IMG/VR virus record: IMGVR_UViG_3300032226_000348
Location: 1 to 35,792 of that record
DNA from: a virus
Lineage: Duplodnaviria; Caudoviricetes
DNA length: 35,792 bases
Reading direction: 5' to 3' (one strand)
Both the position numbers and the translations under genes were made by a program. Within the stretch, counting starts at the first letter, position 1, and every line of letters starts with the position of its first letter. Shown piece by piece: positions 27,417 to 35,792 of the stretch. The notes beneath the pieces are model-generated. The model was given only the letters and a program-made list of their open reading frames with translations. It had not been told where the DNA came from and did no database searches.

Positions 27417-29295
27417 AAGGATTTAGAGTCAATCTCCAAGATCCTGGCAGGTATTCGCCTTCAAAGGATTTCAACCACTGCACTCCGTCCCATTTGTACT
27501 GTATGCCAGTTCTTAAGTTAGTAATGTAGACATTGGTTGCAACTTCTTCTGGATCAAAGACGCTAACCCAACGACTGCCGTTCCATTCAATGATACTGTT
27601 GGCTTTGATGAATACATCCGAATCGTCTAGATTTTTCCAAGCAAATGGCCCTGAACTACGCTCTGGTTTACCCGGCAAGTAGACATCAGTCTCGACCAGT
27701 AGTGTGTCCGGATCATCACCTTCTGTGAACCAGTCCGGATAGGTATATTTTTCAATGGTGTATTTTATAACACTGGCATTGCCGTTACTGTCTTCTAGTG
27801 GAGGAAATTCATTTAGGCGAATTTTGTATTTGCCTGAAGCTGTTCTGTAACTAGTTGACGCAAAAGTTTCAAATACTCCGCCATCTTCAACTTCTGTAAA
27901 TCCTACTTCAACACCGTTGACATAAACTTTAGTCTGATATATGTTGCTGTATGATCTTGGCAAGTTAGAAGCACTGGCCTTTTGCTTTTGATCAGGCCTA
28001 ACAATTCTGTAATAATCTATATCAGTGTCAATGATATTGGTAGCAATGCTGGCTGCACGAGTTGGAGCAAGGAACATGTTTAGATCATCTAACATTAGAT
28101 ATCTTAATCCTACTGGATAATTTGCTTTTGATCCGTAGGTATTCAACGGATTAAAGTTGTAGGGATTAATGATAGCATCTATTGTGCCTTTGCTTGCTGA
28201 TCGCACACTGGTATAAACTGTATTGTCTGGATAACGACCTTCTGTTATTAATGTGTTCGCTGGTACAGTGTCCATGTCCATAGATACAACTAACAGGGTA
28301 GGATCTACAGGATTAACAGCAATAGTACCAACTAGTTCTCCGCCGTTGGGCTGCTTAAATGTAATTCTGCTAACACCTTCTTTATAACCACCGTATTGAT
28401 CTAATACCAACTGCCAGTCAAGTTTCTTGCCAATCTTTTCAGGAGGTAGGTCCAGTCCTGCATCGAGTACAGCTTGACCAACATCTACAATACTGATATT
28501 GTAATCGCCAGCAACACCGTTGTCTGCTTTGAGCATAATAATGCCGTAGCGTTTGTATTCAACTGTGTTTACGATGTCTCCGTCGTTGTAAATTAAATTA
28601 TTGATGTTAACTGCATCGCCAGTATTGGTAAACATGTTGTTGATAACTGCACGAACAACACCTAGTTTCTTGACTTTGGTAGGAGGACTGATGTAAATCG
28701 GCATTTCAAATTCTAAACTGGCAATGTCTATATCTGTTTCTGTACCTTGAGGGATTGACCTAGAACTAAAGTTAGTACTGGTAAGATAGATAACACTGAG
28801 ACTGGTCCAGTCAACATAGTTGTCTGTGGTCTGAACTTCAAGACTTGGGTTGAATAAAATCAACATCTGTTCAAGCAATTGCAGTTTTTGATCTGTATTT
28901 GAGGTCCAGATATCCGCCTTGACTCGCAGTTTAAAAGGTGTTGGCATTAGTCTTTCAACAGTATATCCTGCACCTTGTTCAGTACCGTAGACTCGTTGCC
29001 CTGCAACATCTTGATAGGTGCGCTCTCGTATATTCACTTTGCTGACAAATGTGCTGTCGGCTAGTCTACTGGTGTCTAATTCTAGTCCAGTGATATAGCA
29101 AGCGATGCGTGGAACGGTAGGCATTTTGTTTTCACTATTATCTTTAATGATTCCAGCAACTTGCCTAGTTAAGTCACCGTACATAACAGGTACTAGTCGT
29201 TCTTCGCCATCGCCTGCTTGATATTTAAATCCAATAAACACCCGCATGAACTGTGTTACATACCGGCGTATCTGTCCATCGTAAAAGAAATCCAT
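27415..29295 (-). CDS. Tail sheath stabiliser/tail completion protein (T4 gp15-like) with long C-terminal extension
   Basis: FFYDGQIRRY..QF...F, VPVMYG, P.P(F/Y).L.....IW..N.DQKLQLLEQ...LFNP, L.F.MP.YISPP are characteristic of gp15 homologues. Adjacent to the neck genes. Confidence 0.75.
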   Translation of the reverse strand: MDFFYDGQIRRYVTQFMRVFIGFKYQAGDGEERLVPVMYGDLTRQVAGIIKDNSENKMPTVPRIACYITGLELDTSRLADSTFVSKVNIRERTYQDVAGQRVYGTEQGAGYTVERLMPTPFKLRVKADIWTSNTDQKLQLLEQMLILFNPSLEVQTTDNYVDWTSLSVIYLTSTNFSSRSIPQGTETDIDIASLEFEMPIYISPPTKVKKLGVVRAVINNMFTNTGDAVNINNLIYNDGDIVNTVEYKRYGIIMLKADNGVAGDYNISIVDVGQAVLDAGLDLPPEKIGKKLDWQLVLDQYGGYKEGVSRITFKQPNGGELVGTIAVNPVDPTLLVVSMDMDTVPANTLITEGRYPDNTVYTSVRSASKGTIDAIINPYNFNPLNTYGSKANYPVGLRYLMLDDLNMFLAPTRAASIATNIIDTDIDYYRIVRPDQKQKASASNLPRSYSNIYQTKVYVNGVEVGFTEVEDGGVFETFASTSYRTASGKYKIRLNEFPPLEDSNGNASVIKYTIEKYTYPDWFTEGDDPDTLLVETDVYLPGKPERSSGPFAWKNLDDSDVFIKANSIIEWNGSRWVSVFDPEEVATNVYITNLRTGIQYKWDGVQWLKSFEGEYLPGSWRLTLNP

Positions 29296-30575
29296 TATTC
29301 GTCTGCCTCTGGTCTAAGAGCTTTTGACAAGCTCTGGCGCTCTTTAACTGTCTTACCATTGATAGTGGTAGTTTTTGTATTATTAACAAAGTCTGCCTTC
29401 TGAGTTTGTCTAACATCTTTACCAACAAATCTATCGCCGGTGCCAACATCGCTTTCACCTAGATTGTTCATGGTCATTCTTACATTGTCCTCAATCTTGA
29501 TCCAGCGTGTACCACTGTATCTAAACAAGCGAGTAGGCAAATAATCTGTTCGCAAACAGAATTGGCCTTCTTGCGGTGTTGTTGGGAAAGCAATACCAGC
29601 AGTAAATCTAGCACCATTGGCCGGGATTGCATCGGCTAGCCAAGTATCTGTATTGCCGTGTATCTCTCCGTAGCCACCACGCTCGATAGTTCTATAAGTT
29701 TGATCAGCAGTAACTCCTGCATATATCGGGTTACCTTCGGTATCAAATAGCGGAGCACCGTTTTCGTCTGTGGCTTGCGGCTGGTCGTTGGTGATAAAAG
29801 TTGTTTCTAGATCAGCACTAATCAATTGAGGATTGCCGTCTGGACCTTTTTGCAAGTGATAAAACTGTGTGGTGTCAAATCCGCTCTTAGGTGCATCTGC
29901 TTCTGCTTGATCCAGAACCGCAGCAGTAATCTGCATTTCTTTCTCATAAGTGGACATGATGTCGCGTAGTGTGGTATTACTACCTTCTTCTGCAACACCA
30001 TCAAGGATTTGTTTAAATTCTTGACTGTCAACTAGAGGTTTACATTTAGCACGATATAAATGCGGATACCAAGTTACTGAAAATCCTTCTGCGGCCCTAT
30101 TAACTTCTTCAACAACATAGAATCGTTTAAGAGCAAATTGTAAATTGTTTAGGGCGTGTTCATCTTTTAGGTGCGGCAATTCAATAACATCGCCACTCAT
30201 AATTTTACGACCTATTTTTTCAACAGTATCGTTGATGTGAAAGGTCATAAAGATTGTGTCGTTCTGTAAAAACAAGCCAAATTGACTTAGATTAAAATCA
30301 ATGTCTGCTAGATTGTAAACTCCACGCAACAGATAAATGTCTGGATCGTACTTGCGATCACGATTTTCTAAAAACAACAGATCTTGAATTTGTGTTTCGT
30401 TAGAAGTACCGTAATCCGGAGTGCTAGGAGTATCGCCCTGTGTAGCAGCTCCGGGCCCGATATATTTGTGAACCAGCACATCAGTACCGCCAACTTGGAA
30501 CATTTCCCAAACGGTTTTGTCAATGAATTTGTAATCGTTGCCCTTTTCTGGGCGGTATAAGCTGAGTCTTGGCAT
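29295..30575 (-). CDS. Neck/head-completion protein (T4 gp14-like)
   Basis: Likely start is ATG 30575 (MPRLSLYRPEKG). DLLFLENRDRKY, LSQFGLFL..D, GDVIELP, F..TW.P.LY. Synteny with gp13-like and gp15-like genes. Confidence 0.6.
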   Translation of the reverse strand: MPRLSLYRPEKGNDYKFIDKTVWEMFQVGGTDVLVHKYIGPGAATQGDTPSTPDYGTSNETQIQDLLFLENRDRKYDPDIYLLRGVYNLADIDFNLSQFGLFLQNDTIFMTFHINDTVEKIGRKIMSGDVIELPHLKDEHALNNLQFALKRFYVVEEVNRAAEGFSVTWYPHLYRAKCKPLVDSQEFKQILDGVAEEGSNTTLRDIMSTYEKEMQITAAVLDQAEADAPKSGFDTTQFYHLQKGPDGNPQLISADLETTFITNDQPQATDENGAPLFDTEGNPIYAGVTADQTYRTIERGGYGEIHGNTDTWLADAIPANGARFTAGIAFPTTPQEGQFCLRTDYLPTRLFRYSGTRWIKIEDNVRMTMNNLGESDVGTGDRFVGKDVRQTQKADFVNNTKTTTINGKTVKERQSLSKALRPEADE

Positions 30576-30582
30576 AGTAGTA

Positions 30583-30603
30583 TATTTACCGCTACGATAA
30601 ATA
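30583..30603. promoter_or_regulatory. Back-to-back divergent late promoters: GGTAAATA (- strand, 30583-30590) and GATAAATA (+ strand, 30596-30603)
   Basis: Two TAAATA cores in a 33-bp gap, 7 nt and 5 nt from their respective ATGs. Confidence 0.7.
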
Positions 30604-30608
30604 GTTGT

Positions 30609-31367
30609 ATGAACCAAATAGATCAAGCCAAAAAAGAAGTCTACGACTACTGCAAACTCATGCTAGGTGACGGCATGATTGACATTGAACTAGACCCGCA
30701 GCACTACGAAATTGCACTGACTCGAAGTCTAGCTGTTTTCCGACAGAGGAGCGATAACTCAGTAGAAGAAAGCTATGCGTTTATGACGCTACGGGCCGAT
30801 ACTAACGAGTATATTCTTCCAAAAGAAATTCAACAAGTGCGACAGATTTTTCGTCGAAGCGTTGGTTCAAGAAGTGGTAACGGATCAGGCGGAACAGTAT
30901 TTGAACCGTTTAACTTAGCCTACACTAACACCTATTTGTTAAGTTCAACAAATATGGGCGGACTACTAACCTACGAATTGTTCAGTCAGTATCAAGAACT
31001 AGTAGGAAAAATGTTCGGTAGTTTTATCAACTTTACATGGCATCCAACTCATCGCAAGTTGATTATTCAACAGCGTCCTCGTGGAGATGAAGAAGTAATG
31101 TTATGGGTCTACAACACTCGTCCAGACTTTGCTATTATCAACGATACCTATGCAGGGCAATGGGTCAAAGACTATTCATTAGCCAACTGCAAAATGATGC
31201 TAGGACAGGCCCGCGAAAAGTTTGCACAGATTGCAGGTCCACAAGGCGGTAGCAGTCTAAACGGTGCAGCCATGAAAGCCGAAGCGCAAACAGATCTAGA
31301 TCGGCTAACCAAAGAATTAGAAACTCTAGTATCGGGCGGTTCTGGATACAGTTTCATAATTGGCTAA
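30609..31367 (+). CDS. Neck protein (T4 gp13-like)
   Basis: DYC...LG...IDIELD..H, W(V/I)KDY.LA.CK..LG..R.KF....GP.GG..LNG......A..D...L..EL matches the gp13 family pattern. Confidence 0.8.
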   Translation: MNQIDQAKKEVYDYCKLMLGDGMIDIELDPQHYEIALTRSLAVFRQRSDNSVEESYAFMTLRADTNEYILPKEIQQVRQIFRRSVGSRSGNGSGGTVFEPFNLAYTNTYLLSSTNMGGLLTYELFSQYQELVGKMFGSFINFTWHPTHRKLIIQQRPRGDEEVMLWVYNTRPDFAIINDTYAGQWVKDYSLANCKMMLGQAREKFAQIAGPQGGSSLNGAAMKAEAQTDLDRLTKELETLVSGGSGYSFIIG

Positions 31368-31373
31368 CCAGAG

Positions 31374-31402
31374 TTGACCTTGTAATTATTCTATAGTATA
31401 CT
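31374..31402 (+). promoter_or_regulatory. Sigma70-type (early/middle) promoter TTGACC-N17-TATACT
   Basis: -35 at 31374-31379, -10 at 31397-31402, 17-bp spacer; AGGAGA RBS at 31411-31416 before ATG 31422. Confidence 0.75.
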
Positions 31403-31421
31403 TGTCTTATAGGAGACATTT

Positions 31422-32075
31422 ATGATTATAGGAATATGCGGGTTCATTGGCAGCGGCAAAGACACAGTTGCCGACTATCTAGTTAACTTCCACGAATTTA
31501 GGCGAGAGTCATTTGCCAACACACTTAAAGATGCTGTGGCAGCGGTATTTGGTTGGGATCGTACCATGCTTGAAGGGCGTACCAAAGAAGCCCGAGAGTG
31601 GCGCGAACAAGTAGATCCGTGGTGGGCAGAACGACTAGCAATGCCTACACTAACTCCTCGTTGGGTACTACAATACTGGGGAACAGAAGTTTGCCGTAAA
31701 TCATTTCACGACGATATTTGGATCGCAAGCCTAGAAAATAAACTCCGACTGAGCAAAGATAATGTAGTAATTAGTGACTGCCGATTTCCTAACGAAATAC
31801 AAAGCATACGAGATGCAGGTGGTAAAATTATTTGGGTACAGCGTGGCGACTTACCTGATTGGTACCAAATAGCCTTAAATGCTAACGCAGGACATAACTA
31901 TGCAGTCCAAGAATTAAAGATGCGCAAAATTCACGCCAGTGAAACGGCTTGGGTAGGAACAGACTTTGATGCTATCTTAGATAACAATCATACTATTGAT
32001 AACTTATACAAACAGGCTGCTCTAATAGTCAGCAACGAGATCTCCCTGCTTCCAGTTAACTCCGTCCTTAGCTAA
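31422..32075 (+). CDS. Deoxynucleoside monophosphate kinase (T4 gp1-like)
   Basis: IIGICGFIGSGKDT P-loop, SFA..LKD, TPRWVLQ..GTE..R, VISDCRF.NE, H.SE. Confidence 0.9.
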   Translation: MIIGICGFIGSGKDTVADYLVNFHEFRRESFANTLKDAVAAVFGWDRTMLEGRTKEAREWREQVDPWWAERLAMPTLTPRWVLQYWGTEVCRKSFHDDIWIASLENKLRLSKDNVVISDCRFPNEIQSIRDAGGKIIWVQRGDLPDWYQIALNANAGHNYAVQELKMRKIHASETAWVGTDFDAILDNNHTIDNLYKQAALIVSNEISLLPVNSVLS

Positions 32076-32357
32076 TACCTGAGCACAATTAGCACAAACT
32101 GTTTTTAAGTTAGCCGGCCGGCAGTTATCAAGATTACCGTCTACATGAAAAACCCTAAAGGGTTCTCGGTGGATACTTTTAAAACCACATCGATCGCATT
32201 GTAGTTTCATACGATACCCTGCTCTAAACCAGCGGGGTATCCCGTGATTAACTCCATGAGCCATGCAGATCTCACAGAGGCTACGATAGTAGATTCTGTT
32301 ATTCTTCTTATAGTTAACTGCACGGGGCCTAGAACCGCATTTACAAAGTGGTCGCAT
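32022..32357 (-). CDS. HNH-like zinc-binding protein
   Basis: Likely start is ATG 32357 (MRPLCKCG). CxC, CxxC, CxxC, VFHVDGNLDN...NL..VCANC. Confidence 0.7.
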   Translation of the reverse strand: MRPLCKCGSRPRAVNYKKNNRIYYRSLCEICMAHGVNHGIPRWFRAGYRMKLQCDRCGFKSIHREPFRVFHVDGNLDNCRPANLKTVCANCAQVLAKDGVNWKQGDLVADY

Positions 32358-32362
32358 ACAGA

Positions 32363-32370
32363 TATTTACA
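32363..32370 (-). promoter_or_regulatory. Late promoter TGTAAATA, 5 nt before ATG 32357
   Basis: The - strand reads TGTAAATA-TCTGT-ATG. Confidence 0.6.
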
Positions 32371-32422
32371 CCTTTTCTGCCCCTTTTCGGTATGCTATAA
32401 GTGCCCATTTTTCCTAGACTAC

Positions 32423-32430
32423 GCTAAATA
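32423..32430 (+). promoter_or_regulatory. Late promoter GCTAAATA for the tail sheath gene
   Basis: TAAATA core upstream of AGGAGA RBS and ATG 32463. Confidence 0.6.
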
Positions 32431-32462
32431 TTATGAGAGAACTAAACTCAGGAGATAACGAT

Positions 32463-35400
32463 ATGGCACTAGTTTCCCCAGGCGTACAAGTTACGATAAT
32501 TGATGAGAGCTTTTACACACCAGCTGAACCTGGTACTACTCCTCTTATTGTTGTAGCTACAGCACAGGATAAAAGCAATGGAGCAGGCACAGGTACTGCT
32601 ACTGCGACAACAAAAGCAAATGCTGGAAAAGCATTTAGATTAACAAGTCAGAAAGATGTTGGCGACTTGTTTGGTGTTCCTTTCTTTGAAAAGACACCTA
32701 GCAACACACCAATTCACGGCAGTGAGCGTAATGAATACGGCTTACTAGCAGCTTATAGCTACCTAGGCGTTTCAGCAAGTGCATTTATTGTTCGTGCTAA
32801 TGTTAACTTAGACGAGCTAGAAGGTACAGCAACAGAGCCAGGTGCAGAGCCAACTGATGGTGCATGGTGGGTTGATACTCGTGCAACAACATACGGTATT
32901 TTTGAATGGAATGGCGCAGCCGGTGACACTACAGGCGGCCAATCATTCACAATGAAAGAGCCAATTGTCTTAACAGATGACGATGCAACAACAAAAATTA
33001 CCAGCAACGCACCAAGAGGATCAGTTGGATCTATTGGTGATTATGCTGTGGTATTTGAAACTGGTTCAATCTCTAAAGAACTAGCAAGAATTTATTTCAA
33101 GAGCCCAGGTGGCGGTTACAACGAAAGCGGTAGTCTAGTAGCAGCAGGTACATGGGTTAAGGTAGGTAGCGGTGCTTGGGCAGCAAGCTGGCCAACAGTT
33201 ACTTCCAAGACAGTTACTGGTACAGGTGCATGGACAGTTAGCGATACATTCTCACTAAACGGCACTTTAATTACTGCATCGGGAACAACTCCAGCAAGCC
33301 TAGTTAGCGACATTAATACAGCAATGGGCGGCAGTGCAGGCGTATATGCTAAACTAGTAAACAACAAAATCAACTTCTACAGTAACGGTGCAACAGAAGG
33401 CCAAGCTGACTCAACAAGCTCTGGTAGCATTGTTTTAGAAGCTGGTACAGGAGATATTATTGCAGCCACAGCAGCAGCTAGCGACATCGGTATTAAGGCA
33501 GGCGAATATTTTCCTCCAACATTGTCTATTGCTCCTCATACAAGTGTTCCAGAATTCAAAAGCAGCGACACAGAGCCAAAGCCAACAGGCAGTGTATGGT
33601 TGAAAACCACAGAGCCAGGCGAAGGTGCTCGTTGGAGAGTTAAGCGTTGGAATTCAGCAACACAAGCATGGGTAGCATACGATGCTCCAATTTATGATAC
33701 AAGTGCAAGTTCACTATACTATCTAGATCGTAGCGGTGGTGGTACAAACATTCCATCTGATAGCATTTATGTTTTAGCCAATGCCGAAGAACAATTCAGC
33801 TATGCTGACGGTACAGACGAAGCTCCAGATGCTCGTGATACAACTTTCAAAGAGTTAAGTTTCCGTGTATGGAGACGATCAACTACAGGTGCTACTGTTG
33901 TTGAATCTGCAGCAGTAACAGCTAGTACTTTTACAGGTGCTAAAACATTTACTATCAAGCAAACTATTAAAGGTAGCTTGGCACTTTCTGCAGCCACTAC
34001 AGTTAGCTTTACAGCAGCAGGAGCAACGACAGATGCTGAAACATTAGCAGCAGCTATCAATGCAATTTCAATGACTGACACAGCTGGAAATGCCGTTACA
34101 AATCACATTGAAGCAGCAGTTACCGCAGATAACACAATCACTTTAACACACAAAGCAGGTGGTGAGATTCGTTTAACTGACACTGGCGGTACAGGAAATC
34201 CTATAGCAGCATTGTTTACTCCTTATAATGTGGTCACAGAAGCTGGTACAGCCAACTTTTACACAGCTCCTACAGAAGCAGCTGAAGACTATATTGTTAC
34301 TAACTGGCGTCCACTAGCTGACGAAGCCACAAATGGCTTTGCAGCAAGTCCAGATGCTCCATTGAACGAGCCAACAGATGGTCAACTATGGTACAACAAC
34401 AACTTTGCTGAAGTTGATATTATGATTCACAACGGTCGTACATGGGTTGGATACAAGCACTCAACAAGCCCTTACTACTCTGCAACAGCAGCTCTACAAA
34501 CAAGCCCAGGTGGTCCAATTGTAGGCGCAACTGCTCCAGCAGCAGCAAATGGTCAAAGCGACGGTACAGCTCTAGTTAACGGTGATTTGTGGATCAGCAC
34601 AGCTGACATGGAAAACTATCCAACAATTTACAAGTGGGACGGTTTGAATCTAGAGTGGGCATTAGTTGACAAGACTGATCAAATCACTGATCAAGGTGTT
34701 TTATTTGCCGATGCTCGTTGGGCAACCAGTGGTGCATCAAGCACACCAAGCACCATTGCTGACCTATTAGCAAACAACTACCTAGATCCAGATGCTCCAG
34801 ATCCAGCACTGTATCCAAAGGGCATGTTGCTATGGAACCTACGCAGAAGTGGTGGCAACGTTAAGAAATATCAAAACAGCTACATTGACCTAAATGCAGA
34901 CAATGCAAGAACTGGTGCTGCTACACTAGCAGGTAACGCATTTGTTTCCGGTGAAAGCATGAGCGGTTACTGGTCAGATCGTTGGACCACAGAAAGCGGT
35001 AACAACGAAGATGGTTCCGGTGCATTTGGTCGTCATGCACAACGTAAAGTTGTTGTACAGGCAATGAAGTCAGTGATTGACACTAGCCAAGAAATCCGTG
35101 ACGAAGAGCGCAGAAACTTCAACTTGATCGCTGCTCCTGGATATCCAGAGACACTACAGAATTTGATCAGCTTGAACATTGATCGTGGTCAAACAGCGTT
35201 TGTTATCGGTGACACACCATTGCGTCTACCAAGCGATGCAACATCATTGTTAAACTGGGGTACTAATGCTGCTCTAGTAACAGACAACGGTGACGACGGT
35301 ATTGTTAGCTACGACGAATATTGTGCAGTTTACTATCCAAACGGATTTACTACTGACCTAGGTGGCGCCAATGCAGTTGTTCCAGCATCACACATGATGT

Positions 35401-35792
35401 TGAAAACATTTGCTCTAAGCGACCAAGTTAGCTATCCATGGTTTGCCCCAGCAGGTACACGCCGTGGCGGTATTAGCAATGCAACATCAGTTGGTTACAT
35501 TGATGCACTAAGCGGAGAATTCCAAACTGTTGCATTGAACGAAGGTACAAGAGATGTGCTTTATGATCTAAAAGTTAATCCGATTCCATTCTTTGTTGGA
35601 GTTGGTCTAGTTGCTTATGGTCAAAAGACTCGTGCTAGAAATGCCAGCGCACTAGATAGAATCAACGTAGCTCGTCTAGTTGTTTATCTAAGAAGCCAGC
35701 TATCAAAACTAGCTCGCCCATATGTGTTTGAACCAAACGATTCTATCACCCGTGATGAAATCAAAGGCGCGGTAGAGAGCTTGTTATTAGAA
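32463..35792 (+). CDS. Contractile tail sheath protein (T4 gp18-like), 3'-truncated, at least 1110 aa; not in the ORF track
   Basis: Starts MALVSPGVQVTIIDESFY. C-terminal part reads FNLIAAPGYPE, AVYYP, VVPASH, SYPWFAPAGTRRG, LYDLKVNPI, AYGQKT, SALDRINVARL..YL, YVFEPND..TR. The N- and C-terminal segments are in the same frame. Confidence 0.92.
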   Translation, partial: MALVSPGVQVTIIDESFYTPAEPGTTPLIVVATAQDKSNGAGTGTATATTKANAGKAFRLTSQKDVGDLFGVPFFEKTPSNTPIHGSERNEYGLLAAYSYLGVSASAFIVRANVNLDELEGTATEPGAEPTDGAWWVDTRATTYGIFEWNGAAGDTTGGQSFTMKEPIVLTDDDATTKITSNAPRGSVGSIGDYAVVFETGSISKELARIYFKSPGGGYNESGSLVAAGTWVKVGSGAWAASWPTVTSKTVTGTGAWTVSDTFSLNGTLITASGTTPASLVSDINTAMGGSAGVYAKLVNNKINFYSNGATEGQADSTSSGSIVLEAGTGDIIAATAAASDIGIKAGEYFPPTLSIAPHTSVPEFKSSDTEPKPTGSVWLKTTEPGEGARWRVKRWNSATQAWVAYDAPIYDTSASSLYYLDRSGGGTNIPSDSIYVLANAEEQFSYADGTDEAPDARDTTFKELSFRVWRRSTTGATVVESAAVTASTFTGAKTFTIKQTIKGSLALSAATTVSFTAAGATTDAETLAAAINAISMTDTAGNAVTNHIEAAVTADNTITLTHKAGGEIRLTDTGGTGNPIAALFTPYNVVTEAGTANFYTAPTEAAEDYIVTNWRPLADEATNGFAASPDAPLNEPTDGQLWYNNNFAEVDIMIHNGRTWVGYKHSTSPYYSATAALQTSPGGPIVGATAPAAANGQSDGTALVNGDLWISTADMENYPTIYKWDGLNLEWALVDKTDQITDQGVLFADARWATSGASSTPSTIADLLANNYLDPDAPDPALYPKGMLLWNLRRSGGNVKKYQNSYIDLNADNARTGAATLAGNAFVSGESMSGYWSDRWTTESGNNEDGSGAFGRHAQRKVVVQAMKSVIDTSQEIRDEERRNFNLIAAPGYPETLQNLISLNIDRGQTAFVIGDTPLRLPSDATSLLNWGTNAALVTDNGDDGIVSYDEYCAVYYPNGFTTDLGGANAVVPASHMMLKTFALSDQVSYPWFAPAGTRRGGISNATSVGYIDALSGEFQTVALNEGTRDVLYDLKVNPIPFFVGVGLVAYGQKTRARNASALDRINVARLVVYLRSQLSKLARPYVFEPNDSITRDEIKGAVESLLLE

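Noticed and set aside
15303-32408. Longer ORF-track starts at 15303, 19258, 23421, 30626 and 32408
   Set aside because: Downstream ATGs (15336, 19282, 23466, 30575, 32357) fit the RBS, promoter, overlap or paralogue N-terminus evidence better.
32371-32415. Short CCTTTTC direct repeats upstream of the sheath promoter
   Set aside because: Only two exact 7-mers are present, too short to support a call without comparative data.
32759-34081. Three - strand ORFs from the track (32759..33007, 33116..33373, 33800..34081)
   Set aside because: They lie antisense to the tail sheath gene on the + strand.
1-35792. Stop-codon reassignment as seen in some jumbo phages
   Set aside because: Genes are full length and densely packed under the standard code, and TAA, TGA and occasionally TAG (27012, 32022) all end plausible genes.

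Overview
This window is part of the virion-morphogenesis region of a large T4-like (myovirus, probably jumbo) tailed phage, read in the standard genetic code. A long + strand block (1-21724) encodes tail, baseplate and fibre-type structural proteins. It includes two giant paralogues (1839 and 2561 aa), a fibre with an S74-type autocleaving chaperone, and LamG-like, Gly-rich and propeller-like fibre proteins. A cassette of tailoring enzymes follows: a U32/SAM-methyltransferase fusion, a flavin-dependent halogenase and two 2OG-Fe(II) oxygenases. A - strand block carries a degenerate NUDIX-like gene and gp15-like and gp14-like genes. After it come a divergent gp13-like neck gene, a dNMP kinase with a sigma70 promoter, an HNH-like gene, and a large tail sheath gene that runs off the right end and is missing from the ORF track. 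The most notable observations are four. (1) Five phycobiliprotein-like 'C-x-R-D' helical repeats lie inside the giant virion proteins. (2) The enzyme cassette sits directly after the fibre genes and may modify virion proteins. (3) T4-type late promoters lie only 4-7 nt from ATGs that have no Shine-Dalgarno site. (4) The two otherwise synonymously diverged paralogues share one 49-bp exact tract. All family assignments come from motif recognition by eye; no searches were run.
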